Notes: generated by a model from the sequence alone, not told the origin. A stretch of DNA of 63,686 nt, filler included, from Rozella allomycis CSF55 (GCA_000442015.1; 10 parts of 10 records of this genome joined end to end with filler, not necessarily neighbours in it); one strand, 5' to 3'; positions 1-12,439 are shown, counted from the whole stretch's first letter. Translations and numbers: made by a program.

Positions 1-173
1 GGCTGCTTTCTTGTAATAATGTCAACCCCATACTTTGTACATATTGATCTTAATACCAAAACTCTTTCATCCAGCGACAAATCATCCAACTTTGGAAACG
101 ATGATGCAGGAAACATGATATATCTCTTATACTTTTCGTATTTTCTTGAGCCTATAGCTTTAGCCAAGTCCAT
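1..173 (-). CDS. 5' end of a gene running off the window; product unknown (weak resemblance to the TYW2/Trm12 N-terminus)
   Basis: Open frame from ATG at 173 to the window edge: MDLAKAIGSRKYEKYKRYIMFPASSFPKLDDLSLDERVLVLRSICTKYGVDIITRKQ; head-to-head with the gene at 205. Confidence 0.3.
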   Translation of the reverse strand, partial: MDLAKAIGSRKYEKYKRYIMFPASSFPKLDDLSLDERVLVLRSICTKYGVDIITRKQ

Positions 174-204
174 TTCACAAAAAAGTATTTCCTAAATTTC
201 GGGA

Positions 205-657
205 ATGAATAAAGCAGAATTTGATAATGAAATAGGGCATATATCGGCGTTAAAAAGCACCATGGAAAAGCTGAACTGTTTTTTTGAAAAATTGGATAAC
301 CAAGTTAATGTAAGGAGGATGATGTTGGATGATAGGAAATGCTAACAGCAGTGCAACAAACTGAAGTAAATATGGATCAGTGGAATCATATGATGAAACG
401 AGCGGCTATGATATCAAAATTGACTGGTAATATAGAGAACTTTTCTCCTGCTGATATTGAAGAAAAGGTAAAAGATGGATGCATTTTAAACTTAGATTGA
501 AGAACTTAACTTGTCCAATAAAGACAATGACATACCTTTACAAGAAAACCAGATGAATACACAAAAATTAAGGGATACATCAGCAATACGAAAAGTGAAA
601 TCATCAATCAAGCATAACGGAAGAGCCCGACTGAAAACTAGAATGCAACGAAAATAA
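205..657 (+). CDS. Small multi-exon coiled-coil protein, possibly DASH complex subunit Duo1-like; 3' end approximate
   Basis: ATG preceded by aaatttcggga; MNKAEFDNEIGHISALKSTMEKLNCFFEKLDNQVN, short GT-AG intron, EMLTAVQQTEVNMDQWNHMMKRAAMISKL resembles the Duo1 heptad-plus-W pattern. Confidence 0.3.
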
Positions 658-673
658 CTCCAATTTATTCCTT

Positions 674-976
674 CTAATTTTGTTTAATAAAATTTTCCAC
701 CATATCCTGTAGATCTGGATCTCCCAGCACAACTCTTTTTCTTACATATATCAACTTACATTGTGCGAATGATGCAATGTCGGTTGGTTGCTCATTCAAG
801 ACTCTGCATAAAAAGTATTTCAAAATATGCCCGATTTCTGGATGAATCCGCATATAGTTTTCATTTTTGATTCGCAATTCGTTCTTTTATTAGATGATGA
901 TGCGATTTACTTTCTTTTTTGTTAGTTCTGATTGTTTTTCTTGGGAGAGGGCGCCTGTCATTAGCAACCGACTCAT
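674..976 (-). CDS. RIIAD1: RIIa domain-containing protein 1 (RIIAD1-like)
   Basis: Spliced MSRLLMTGALSQEKQSELTKKK/NELRIKNENYMRIHPEIGHILKYFLCRVLNEQPTDIASFAQ/FVLGDPDL matches the RIIAD1 pattern GALS..Q...RI.NE.YLR.H.E...P.DI..FA...F.DP.L; two 27-nt introns. Confidence 0.75.
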
Positions 977-1222
977 TCTGAAGGCGAGTAAACCAATGAC
1001 TGGTTAAATGAGAAAAATCAAATACATATCACATTAAAATTTAAAGCTCGAAATTTGAACACTAGGGGTCTCTTAATTCAATTTGATTATCAATTGGCAC
1101 TACATGAGTAAAAAGTCCATAGGTAATAAAAATATTAATAATTTGCTTTGTATAATAGAAAACATTGCTATTTTTATTTGAAAACTGTTAAACGAAAATC
1201 GTGGCTTGGCAATTTTGAAAAT

Positions 1223-2573
1223 ATGACTAACCAAGTATAAAATAATTTTTCGCATCATAAAAGAATCCCGAAGAAGAAACATATCAAGAAGAGTGTTTTA
1301 TAGATGAAAACGAAATCACAGAAATCATTTCTCCAGAGGAAGATATATGCATGGAAGATATAGAAGAATCCCAAGATATAGGAGATTATGATGACGGTGA
1401 GCAAGAAATGCAAGGTATATTTCAAAATTATATTTGACATAGAGCAAGTTACATTTGAGGATGATTCATGCCAAGGATTCTTTAATCACAGAGAGTCGGT
1501 GTATTCTGTGAGCTTGCATCCCGTTGATTCTAATATTGCAGTGAGCGCTGGAGGAGATGACAAGGCCCGAGTATGGAGAATTGATTCNTTGATACAGGAG
1601 AAGAATTGGCAGAGTTGGCTAGTATTATATATTATTGTTGGATATAAGGTCATTCAGATTCTGCGATTCAAGCGTCGTTTAATTTTGATGGCAGTTTTGT
1701 TGCATCAGGGGGGCTAGATGGAGTGATTAAAGTATTCAAAACAGAGAATTTTGAAAATGTTGTTAATTTGGAAGGTCCCAGTGAAGTTTCGGTAATAAAA
1801 TTAAAAATAATTGAAAAGTGGTTTCAGTGGCATAAGAAAGGCAATGTTATTTTGTGTGGATCTACAGATGGCACGTGTTGGATGTGGAATGTGCCATCAG
1901 GGCAGTGCATGAATGTTTTCAGTGGACATACGGCGTCTGTTCTGTGTGGAACATTTCTTCCTGATGGAAGGACGTTTATTACTGCAGATGAGATGGGCAC
2001 TCTGATTCAATGGGATCCAAAAACTGGAGAAATTTTAATGAAACTGCAAGCGTCGTCTGATTTCCAATTTCATGAAGAGGGGATTTTGTCTTTGGATGTT
2101 TCTAGAGATGGATCGTTGGTAGCGACGACTGGATCTGACCAAACGTGCAAATTGGTGAGTCTGCAAGCGAAGAAAGTTGTTGGAACATTGATGGGCCATG
2201 AGGATGCAGTTGAAGCTGTTAAATTTTCAAACTTTTTGCCATTTATTGCCACTGGAGGGATGGATGGAAATTTAATTGTTTGGGATGTTCAGTCATGCCA
2301 ACCAAGACAGAAAATGGTGCATGATGGTGGGATTGTTAAACTTGAATGGATTGAAGATTCGCCGTTGATTGTTTCAGTGTCAGTTGATTGCAATGTGCGT
2401 GTTTGGGATAGTAGAACTGGCGAATGTTTAAAAATATTTAAAGGCCACGAAAATACCATTTTGGATTTCGCCAAATCAAAGTAATCCATTTCGATAAAAT
2501 TAACGTTAGGGATGGCAAAACAATTGTTACTGCATCTGATGATGGAAATTGTCTAGTTTTTAAATGGGAATAA
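1223..2573 (+). CDS. SQT1: WD40 protein Sqt1/AAMP (uL16 chaperone)
   Basis: Acidic N-terminus, then FEDDSCQGFFNHRESVYSVSLHP...SAGGDDKARVW, WFQWHKKGNVILCGSTDGTCWMWNVPSGQCMNVFSGH, and a C-terminal IVTASDDGNCLVF; several short introns. Confidence 0.85.
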
Positions 2574-2638
2574 AATAAACCAAAATTTGTTCATCATTAA
2601 ATTGTTTTGTCTTTATTATCTAATCTCTATCGACTTTA

Positions 2639-3750
2639 TTAAAACCAATGACTGAGTGATATGCTGGGACTTAATGACTGCACATAATGCCACCACAAAG
2701 GGGGAATATAAAGAGCATCACCTGGCCCAAGTGTAACATCAATAAAAGGCACATTGTTGAATTTAGGATATTTTTCATAGTTAGGGTGCATCACATTAAT
2801 CTTTTATCAAGATAAACATATTAAACTACCTGGCTTGTGTTATACAGCTCTCCATCCATTGGATACAAACTTGAACTGAATTCAGGGTCAATTAATCGCA
2901 GAAATTTATAGCCAACAGCTTGAACAAGAATATTATTATAGTTATCATAATGTAGTGGGGATATTGTATTAGATCCACCAAACCAAACATTCATCATTGG
3001 CTCTTCAAGATGCGAACCTTCTGGGCTGTTCGGTACTGAAGCAAAACAAAATTCAAGTTGTTCTAAATCTTTTGCTAGTTCAGGAATTTGTTTCAATAAA
3101 TTGTGTTGCGCTATATAATTATTTGTTGTTTGAATGTCCTCTAGAAACGTTTCAATTTTGGTCAAAGACATTGACCATGATGGATCAGTGTAATCACTTC
3201 CTTTTTCTACAGGTACTATGCGATTATTATAACGTTGCCAGAAAGAAATGCAGCGCCATTTTTTGACACAGGGCCAGTCGGACGCTAAATTTCTTATAAC
3301 AAATGGCTTTCCAAGGGCAGCCAATTCTTCAAACTTTTTTATAGACATGACGCCATTCAATACTTTTAAATTTGAATTCAATTCATCTTTTAAAGGTAAT
3401 TCTTTGCAAATGTAATCGGATGTAGTATCAGAATGATTATGGGGTAGATTTGAACAAAATAGTCCAGCAAAAGTTTCAAAATAATGTGAAAACAAATGAT
3501 TTCCACACATTATCAATCCTATATCTATAAATTCAAGGGCCTTTGTTTCGGCATCAACGCTCAGTTTATCATTAATAGACGACATTATACCGAAACAGCA
3601 AGAATATAACAGTAATATAGAATTTTCGTCATTTGTTTCTGCAAGATTCAAGATTCCATCAATAGTTTCTTTACAGGCCTTTGTCAACTCTGAATGCTTT
3701 CCAGCCTCGAATAATTCTCTAAATCGGCATAAAAAATCTATCTCATTCAT
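2639..3750 (-). CDS. JMJD5: JmjC domain hydroxylase JMJD5/KDM8-like
   Basis: DWPCVKKW, RIVPVEKGSDYTDPSWS, YIAQHNLLKQIPELAKD, NVWFGGSNTISPLHYD, and a final exon with LYIPPLWWHYVQSLSPSISLSHWF. Confidence 0.85.
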
Positions 3751-4349
3751 ATGACATCCTTTTACCAAACTTTTTAGCTGTTTCCAAAACCTTCTCTTCA
3801 AATTCCTTCAAAACTTTATCTCCCATTCACACAGCCACCAAGTCCCTATTTGTTTGTTGATGGATAAATAATACTTTAAAAGGCATGTCAATCAAGGCCT
3901 GTAAATATAAATACGCACTGTTTACACATTTCTCGATTGTATACCCAGATGACTTTCACTGCTCCTTTAGAACAAGACCAATCTCTACTAGTTTTCGACC
4001 AGTCATTGCTACAACAGTACATGCAAGCATACCCAGAATCCAAATTGGTCACTGCAACACTTTTGATTCCAGCCTCCAGCCCCTTCAACTATTTAAACCA
4101 GCCAGTGCTTCCNTAATATAATTATTTAATCGATGGGATACTTTTAAAGATTTGCTACTCTAAGTGACGTTCTCTCATAGAACGGATAAGAAATAATTAA
4201 GTAATTTGTAAAAGTAATAACTAAAGTCAATGAGATCGAAATATTTATTGAATTGGTTTCCGTATCTTATCTTCACATTCTATTTGTAGATCTTTAATAA
4301 ATATCATCTTATGATTAATATCAGATGTTTCATCCATCTAATATCATCA

Positions 4350-5065
4350 TGTCATTAATATGTCTGGTACGACACTAAGGACTCAGAACTAAGTGTAACA
4401 AGCAAATCTCATGGCTCTAAAACGCTAATAAAGTAGATAAAACAAAAATCTATTATTTTAATTTAATTTATTTGTAAATAGACACAAATGTGCCATATTA
4501 ATGAGCAATCCCCTTCCAAAACTTCCGCCACCTATATGTCGGCAACTACCTTTACTATAGGGCTGAAAATAAATATTACTTTGTATATTGGGTGTTCTGA
4601 GTTCATAGACCAAATTTGGGAGAAAACGGAAGCAAAAAGTTGTTACATGCAAGACAGACAGACAGACAGACACACGCACACACACACACACACCACTCGA
4701 CAACCCCCCTGGTCAAAGAGGTAAATCCCTTAAAGTGAGTGTGTAATCGAGGTGAAAATAGTATTAACTCAACTTGCCAATAATCGTTTCTGAAGTCCGG
4801 GTCGTAAACTCCAACCCCACCCCCAACTGATGGCTTGGTAAGGCCTGAGTGGCTAAGCCACTTCGGAAATACAAGGAAGGACAAAGATTCTTTAGCCCGG
4901 GACAGCAATAAATAAGGACAAATTCATAATTGATAATTTGATATTATTCTATTTTTTAATATATTAAACGTAAAATAATCGCGAATTGCAAGTGGCAACC
5001 AAATTGAAAACTTCGCTTCCCTTTATCGTTCCGAATATTTGAGCTGATGATTTCAAAAAAAAATA
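4350..5065 (-). mobile_element. Non-autonomous dispersed repeat, DINE-1/HINE-like (copy A plus adjacent fragment)
   Basis: Contains a (GT)n(GTCT)n microsatellite; its reverse complement matches 63365-63686, 63210-63290 and 14719-14755 by eye; no coding capacity. Confidence 0.6.
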
Positions 5066-5318
5066 TNGTTGTTACATGCAAGACAGACAGACAGACAGAC
5101 ACACGCACACACACACACACACCACTCGACAACCCCCCTGGTCAAAGAGGTAAATCCCTTAAAGTGAGTGTGTAATCGAGGTGAAAATAGTATTAACTCN
5201 CCTTCCAAAACTTCCGCCACCTATATGTCGGCAACTACCTTTACTATAGGGCTGAAAATAAATATTACTTTGTATATTGGGTGTTCTGAGTTCATAGACC
5301 AAATTTGGGAGAAAACGN

Positions 5319-5567
5319 GTTGAGAGCCTCGTTTAACGAAAATGCGAATCCCGATGTAGGCACTATTCGGGCCTTGTCTGCGAGGATTATGAAAGATCCG
5401 CGGTGGGTGAATAATTGGTTCAAGGAGAACAGGAAAAATGTGTATGGGAGGAGAGGCTCGATTCAGATTTCGAGGCTGATGGAAAATAGAGGGAATCTTT
5501 CGAGGAGGTATTCGGAGCCAATTGTTTTCGGTGCTCAGGATAATGCACTTCCTCAGTTGGCTGATTT
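5319..5567 (+). CDS. Homeodomain protein fragment between two assembly junctions
   Basis: LRASFNENANPDVGTIRALSARIMKDPRWVNNWFKENRKN fits homeodomain helices 1-3 (L...F..N..P......L.......V..WF...R). Confidence 0.55.
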
Positions 5568-5599
5568 NTTCTAATGGTTAAAGAAATCTTAATTTAACA

Positions 5600-5725
5600 A
5601 ATATTTTTTATTTTTTGTAATTTTAAAAGTAAAATAATGGCAACTTGCAAATAACAAACAAAGTGGAAACTTCGGTTTCCTTTATCGTGCCGAATATTTG
5701 AGCTACTGAGTTCAAAAAAAATATT
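5600..5725 (-). repeat. Fragment of the same dispersed repeat family
   Basis: aaaataatggcaacttgcaa...gtggaaacttcggtttcctttatcgtgccgaatatttgagct is similar to 4940-5050 and to the reverse complement of 63580-63686. Confidence 0.6.
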
Positions 5726-5771
5726 GCTTCATATATCGTACATTCTCTATCGAATGGATTTGTGTTTGTAN

Positions 5772-7600
5772 TTCTTGCTGGTTTTATTGTTTCAAGTGAT
5801 TTTAGAGCTTGAGTGGCATAATCATTGATGGGAATGTTATTTTCTCGAAGCAACGTTAATAGCTTAAATCTAAGTCTGAAAAGCATCTTAAATACTTACC
5901 GGTTATCTTTAAAAAGATACGCATCATTGAAACTATGTGGATCAAAGTGAGAAAGTAAAGAGAAATCCTTTGTGGCAGATATCGCGTTTTTAAATGAAGC
6001 TGTTGCCTTTACTGCCCTTTTAGAGTCCCTTTAAAGGTTATAATTTTTAATTACCTCGAAACTTTTGGTGCAACTGATTCAATTATTTTTTGCAAGATCT
6101 TTTGTGACTGTAGTTGTTTTGATTCTTGCAATTCTTTATTCTCTTTAACTTTTTGGGCTTTTTGTAAATCTATTTCTTTTCTCGCTTGAATTCTTTTCAT
6201 GTTTTTCTTGTTTTGATGAGAAATAGAAACCTACAAGTTTAAGCTCTTGGGAACGCCTCCTTTGATTATCCTCGTCAATTTCCATTTCATTTAAATCCCT
6301 TCGAGCCTTTGCAATGCTTTCAATCTTCTTTTTTAAAATTAATTTTTCTTTATTAATTCTCGATTTCTCTTCACTCAGAATCTTTCTTTATTGCAACATG
6401 AAATTCTTACCGCCTTTGCTCCATTTCTTGGTAATGCTTCCAATAAACCCGAAGAACTTTTTAAAAGTGTTTTGATTTCTTTATTCTGAAGGTTAACATG
6501 GAGTTGATCACATTTATCGCTTTGTGCCAACTTTTCGAATGTTAGCCTCATTTTCTCTTCATTTTCCTTTTCATTTTTCTTTGTTAAATTTAAAGGTCAG
6601 TTACAGATAAAAATTGCTTCAATTGGTTAATCAAAAGTTCACGATGCCGTTTCCAACTTTCTATAATCTCCGCACGCTCTACAGATGGATCTTTTCTCAA
6701 AGCGGGAAGTTCTTTTGGAAAAGTCTTTTTTACATTCTTTCTAATTTCAATGGCATTTAAAAGTTTCAGTCTATGATTAGTTGGATATATTTCATGGTAT
6801 TCTTCAGGATTTAAAAGCCCATAAAGCTCCAAGAAAAACTGTCTTTCAAGACTATTTTCTCGTGACTTTTTTGTTTTTAAAAGATTAACAAATTCATTGT
6901 CTAATCAAGTCTACATTTTGAATGAATATTACTCTTCAATTGAATTTGAAAGAATCATTAAATTTTCTTTAAAATTATTAGCAGGTAAATTTGAAATTGT
7001 AACAACCAAAGAGAAATCTGATTCCAATTCACGTTGAAAATTTATCAGTTCATTCAATTGATTTTTTTCGTTGTCAAAACTATCAATTTCTAATTTTTCC
7101 AAGTGGTTTTTAATAATCTCTTCAATTTGAGCCTTGAAAATTTCAGCATTATTGCCCGATGAGCATCTTTCCGCTATTACCTTAATAGAATCTATAATTT
7201 CCTTGAGTTCTGGTATCAAGATAGTTGATTAATACCTTTAATTAAATTGTTCTTTTCCAAATTTAATGTATTCATCATCGAGACAAACTCATTCCGAATT
7301 TGGAGATAGTATTCTGCACAAGAATCATTAAGATTTGAATTCTCACACATAAAACTAAAATCCCTTTTTATTTCAGATATTAATTTCGACCTATCTAGTA
7401 AAAAGTCGCTGCGATTACTCTTCAACCTTCAATTTTAGGCCGAAATTTTGCCACAAGTATTTTTGATCCTTTTCTGTATTCTCAACATACACTGGCAGAG
7501 ATAATGTTTCTTGTTCTGTGATTTTATTTCTTTCAATTAATTTATTTGCTAAATTATAGTCGAAAGGTGCCAATTCTATGCAAACCAATAGCTATTTCTA
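5772..7600 (-). CDS. CCDC148: Multi-exon coiled-coil protein, CCDC148-like; ends approximate
   Basis: N-terminal APFDYNLANKLIE, long coiled coils, and a C-terminus RVAPKVSRDSKRAVKATAS...HSFNDAYLFKDNR/FRLKLLTLLRENNIPINDYATQAL resembling the CCDC148 tail (D.R.R.E..LRE.GL....YA). Confidence 0.55.
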
Positions 7601-7753
7601 CTTTTTGATTTTTGAGTTAGTTCTGTTAAATAATCAGTTTTAAATTTAGTTCTAATAGGAAAAGTTTCTCTGTATTGTTTATGATGACTAAGATTTCTTG
7701 TGGTCATTGGGAAATGTAAACATTTCAACAGGATTATTCGAAATTCCCAAAAA

Positions 7754-9457
7754 ATGATTGATGCTTTTTACATACTTGGAACAAGTGGTTTAATTCTCTT
7801 TTCTTACAATCTTGTTTCTTTAAAAGGAGATCCTCTTGGAACATTCTTGGACGAGTATATTAAAAATCGCTGTACTCAAACAAGTGTTGGTCCGTACACT
7901 GTAATGGCATCCATTGTATCTGAATTAAATCTGATATTTATTGCGGTATATCAGACATCTTTGCAACTTTCCTACATTCCAGAGTTACTCCAACAATCCA
8001 TTTTAAACTTTGGTGCTAAATGCTGTGAAGTGATCAATGAAATAAACAAAGGAATTGCGTTGGATTTACCCCTTTCTCTCGAAAAAGATTTCACCAATCT
8101 GTTACACAAGGTGGAAGACTCAAGCACTAGAATACAATCTCCAAAAGCCACTAACGATTCGGGAACTAAATCAAGCAAGTAATATTAATGGAATACACGA
8201 AACATAGATCTGGAAAGAAAATGAGAAAATGGGATGACAAGGTAACCAAAGAAGAAGCAGAGGCGTTGGATTACAGTGATAAATCTAAAGCAGCGGGAAA
8301 TGATCGATTTGACGACAAAGTAAGGAACTATAATATGCTATATAGATTAAAACTAGAGTGACGTTAAATAAAGATGGGATATACGAATTGACGGAAATGG
8401 AGACAGATACAACAGAAAAGAAAAGCACTGGGTTATTCAAATCAATAATTAGTTCATTTTCTGCACAAAAGACTTTAAATGAGGCAAACTTGAATCCAAT
8501 AAAGAATAAAATGAAAGATCATTTGATTTCGAAAAATGTTGCCTCGAACATTGCAGAGGTGATTTGCCAGTCTGTTGTCGATTCAATCAAAGGAAAACAA
8601 GTTGGAACTTTTTCAAGTAAAATTCTCTCTTTTAAATAAACAGGCATTTCAAAAATAGTCCAACAGAGTACCGAAGAAGTTGTTAGACAAATTTTGACAC
8701 CTTCAAACGCCCAAGACTTACTGGGAGAAATAAAGACATCGAAACAACAAAATAAAGTTTACTCTATTTGCTTCATTGGAGTGAATGGCGTTGGGAAAAG
8801 TACTAACCTTTCCAAAACATGCTTTTGGCTCTTGCAAAATAACTTGAAAGTTTTGATTGCGGCGTGCGATACCTTTAGATCTGGTGCAGTTGAACAGCTT
8901 AGAGTTCATGTTAAAAATCTAAGCAAGTTGAACAACAATTCCTCGGTTGAACTATTTGAAAAAGGGTATGGAAAAGATGCCGCTGCGATAGCTAAAAATG
9001 CGATTCAATATGGTAAAATATTGTTGTATTTCTAAATTAAGGGCAAAAGAATGGCTTTGATGTAGTTTTAATAGATACGGCGGGTAGAATGCAAGACAAC
9101 GAACCATTAATGCGATCATTGGCTAAATTAGTTAGTGATAATCAGCCAAACAAAATTGTGTTTGTTGGAGAAGCCCTTGTGGGGAATGAAGCTGTTGATC
9201 AGTTAACGAAATTCAATCAAGCCTTGAAAGATTATTCATTTTCTGATCATCCAAGACAAATAGACGGTATATTGCTTACCAAATTTGATACTATTGACGA
9301 TAAGGTAAAATGAAATTTGATATTGCAATAGGTTGGGGCAGCACTGTCAATGACGTTCACTTCAAAATCACCAATTTTATTTGTTGGTACAGGCCAAACG
9401 TACACCGACCTCAAGAAAGTCAATATAAAGAGCATAGTAGATACTCTATTTAGCTAA
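7754..9457 (+). CDS. SRPRA: Signal recognition particle receptor alpha subunit
   Basis: [16 protein letters not shown] longin domain; [49 protein letters not shown] and [14 protein letters not shown]-GTPase motifs. Confidence 0.95.
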
Positions 9458-9519
9458 ATAAAGACGCGTTATTTATTTAATTTACTCTTAAACATTACGC
9501 CACAGCGAAATTTTTGAGC

Positions 9520-11008
9520 ATGACGAATGTTTTCACACAGCTAGCCAGTTTTACCATTTCAGAAATAAACTTTTCTCAACAACAATTCCTGGAAATTATA
9601 GTAATTTTTATATATTAGCCACTATTAAGAATAGATGGACATTCCAAGATGCTGCAATAGTATATCCTTTTCTGGATAGAGCGGAAAGAAAAGAATTGGA
9701 TTTTTTACATGTAACAGAAGATACAAAAGAGATTTTACGAAAAGAACAAAGTTGCAATATTATAGATGTCGCAGAGCGTGTGATGTATCAGAAACGACTA
9801 AATTCAACAAGCCCAACTACTGAACCATTTCATCAACAAGTAGTAGTATATGAGACGATATCAAATGGTATTATACAGACCAATTCACATAATAGGCTCT
9901 TGCGTACTATATAAACCTCTTTACGACAAATCAAAGGTCATGCCATACTACGTATTGCCCGTAATAGTGTTTATTAATATTAAAAGATTGATTTTTTGAA
10001 ATATGAAATGAATGAAACACATATTTCAATATCCTGCATATTCAACGAAAAGGCAGATCAGTGGGCAATTGAGAAATCACATGCAGTACACAAAGATCTA
10101 TTGAAGAAACTAATAAAATGGTGCACTACGTCAATTGAAGGTTACAAGAAAAAAGGGAAGCATGATTTGACTGTTCCGAGATCTGCTTTTCAATCCGAGT
10201 ACATAAAATTGAAAGACAAGTATAAACATTGGGTAAAAGACTGGCCTGAATCCACTGACCCTCTTAAAATGATATACGAAGATATTGCAATCGCATCATT
10301 TCTGATTTGCTATTGGAGAGAGTAAGGATAATAATCACTAATCAAAGATCTAAGAAAGAAATAAGATTTGTAGACATGGGATGTGGAAATGGGTTTTTAA
10401 CGTACGTCTTAACTCAAGGTAATTCCAAGTAATTCTAAAGCAATAGAGGGCTATTCTGGATACGGAATTGATCAATCGAAAAGAAAAGTGTGGGACATGT
10501 ACCCCCAAAATGTAACGCTGATTGAGAAAACACTCTATCCAAAAGACATGAACGTTAATGCAAACTTTATCATAGGAAATCACGCTGATGAGCTGATTCC
10601 CTGGATCCCAATTTTGGCTCATAGGGCAAATGCATCTTTTATGGCTTTGCCATGCTGCTTTCATTTGCTCAATGGAAGGAAAATGACACATACAGACCAT
10701 TCCAAAACCCAATATCAACAATACTTACAATATGTTGAATCTATCATTGTAAACTGTGGCTATGTGTCTACTCAAGAGTCTTTGCGAATTCCTTCAACCA
10801 AGAATATTTGCTTTCTTGCAGATAAAAGATCTAAAGGTAAAACTATCATTTATGATTGTTAGACTATGATGAGGACAAAATAAATGCGAACATTGAGAAC
10901 ATGATTAATGAAATGGGTCAATTTGAGGCGCGGGTTCCCGATAGGGAAAAAACTAAACTTTGGTTTGAGAAGAGAAGTAAAAGATTTGCTGTCAAGCAAG
11001 CAGCATAA
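9520..11008 (+). CDS. TRM44: tRNA (uracil-44 2'-O)-methyltransferase Trm44
   Basis: WPESTDPLKMIYEDIAIASFL, FVDMGCGNGFL, FIIGNHADELIPWIP, LPCCFH and LRIPSTKN are typical Trm44 motifs. Confidence 0.9.
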
Positions 11009-11198
11009 TTCTAGGACCATAATTTACATGAAATAGGAATAAAGTAAGATTCTCGTTATTTAATTGCTTTCCATATCATTGAAAATTGTAATGCTTCTTA
11101 TATGCATCAAATCTTTGTACTCAACTCGCTTTGATTGGACATACAAGTCGAATGGCATTCGAAATTGTGATTCTCAAAATTTCAAAAAGTTGCCAAAT

Positions 11199-11723
11199 AT
11201 GAATGTCCCTATTAGTTTCATCAGTTATACAGGAAAGCCATTATTATCGCCTTTAAGTGGAATTTTATGCTCTCAGGTCCGCTATAAGAGAAAATTGACG
11301 CTAGCTGGATATGTAATTCCTTCAAAGCCAAGTGAAGGGAAAAGGTTGGGTGTCAAAATACTTTCTGGTAATAGCAAGTTTTCTAATTTTTAAGGGCAAT
11401 GGGCAAATCAAGGCGATATTATCATCAGACAACATGGGTACAAATACAAGCCGGCAAATCATGTAATCTTTAAGCTACGAACAATAAAAGGTCGCCACTG
11501 GGAAAGATCACACATTGTATGCCGAAAAATCTGGAATTGTTAAAATTCTTTATGATACGACGCTAAAGTAAAGGAATGTTTCCACTGGCAAAGGAAAAAA
11601 TATGTTTACATAAAGCGCCCAAAACAACCATCAAGCGAATCTTTTCTTTTAGAAGATATTACTCCAAATGATGAATCAATCACTCTAAAACTAAGGGGAG
11701 AAAGTGCTGAAAAGAAGAACTAG
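11199..11723 (+). CDS. Mitochondrial ribosomal protein bL27m (Mrp7-like)
   Basis: Presequence-like N-terminus; spliced SEGKRLGVKILS/GQWANQGDIIIRQHGYKYKPANH/VATGKDHTLYAEKSGIVK matches the L27 signature. Confidence 0.8.
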
Positions 11724-11748
11724 CGAATAATGAAATAAAGCAATAAAT

Positions 11749-12128
11749 TTAGTCTGGTCTAGTTTTTCTGTAATTGAGCCAATGAAAATATTGTTGTTGA
11801 TGCAGCAAGGTAATGGCTTCTGGCCGTTTGAGATACGCCGCCATTTCATCTGGTGCTTCATTCAGCTTGTCTAAAAAATACAATGCGTGGGGATATCTTT
11901 GATACAGAGGAGTTTCAATTACTGTATAAAACGGGAATATTCTGGTTTTTTCCAGTATGTGAGATATTTTAGATAGTTTCTAAAGGTAGGTTTCTCCAGG
12001 TACCCTTCTTGAGCCAAATCTAATGTTAGATTGTACTACAATGTACAATTTAAGTATGCAGGATTCGCTAAACACTGCAAGAATTCAAGTTCTACGATGA
12101 ACCTAGTCTTTTCTTCGTCATCATTCAT
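11749..12128 (-). CDS. MED31: Mediator subunit Med31 (Soh1); absent from the ORF track
   Basis: Spliced MNDDEEKTRFIVELEFLQCLANPAYLN/LAQEGYLEKPTFRNYLKYLTYWKKPEYSRFI/YPHALYFLDKL. Confidence 0.92.
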
Positions 12129-12142
12129 TTCGTAAAAATCGA

Positions 12143-12364
12143 ATGGCAGATGGCCACAGCTTAAAATGTGCGGACGTTCATCATGCTATTAAGGCATGCA
12201 TGATCCAAAATAACTTTAAACGACGAAAATGCAGTGAATATTTTTTGGCTTTCGATGATTGCTGCAAGAGGAATGGATATGTAGATTCAGTTTGTGTATC
12301 GCCCATGAAGCTCAAGCAAAAGTCACAGAGAAATACGCCAGGGAAGAAAATGGAGGAAAATTGA
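12143..12364 (+). CDS. CMC4: Twin CX9C mitochondrial intermembrane-space protein (Cmc4-like)
   Basis: C-ADVHHAIKA-C...C-SEYFLAFDD-CC...SVC: two CX9C motifs, a CC doublet and a further Cys; 73 aa. Confidence 0.7.
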   Translation: MADGHSLKCADVHHAIKACMIQNNFKRRKCSEYFLAFDDCCKRNGYVDSVCVSPMKLKQKSQRNTPGKKMEEN

Positions 12365-12439
12365 TTAATCAAAATTAACACAGGCCTTAACTATGCATAT
12401 TGTTTATTATAAATGTATTTAACTAAGGTTTATGTGAAC

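Noticed and set aside
3790-4130. Short Cys/Trp-rich ORFs upstream of JMJD5
   Set aside because: No convincing spliced model or recognisable motif.
4825-4910. tRNA A-box-like ggcctgagtggctaag with a local hairpin
   Set aside because: No B box (GTTCRA) or cloverleaf could be built.
5068-5318. Exact rearranged duplicates of 4640-4770 and 4512-4628
   Set aside because: Bounded by single 'n' junctions; assembly redundancy.
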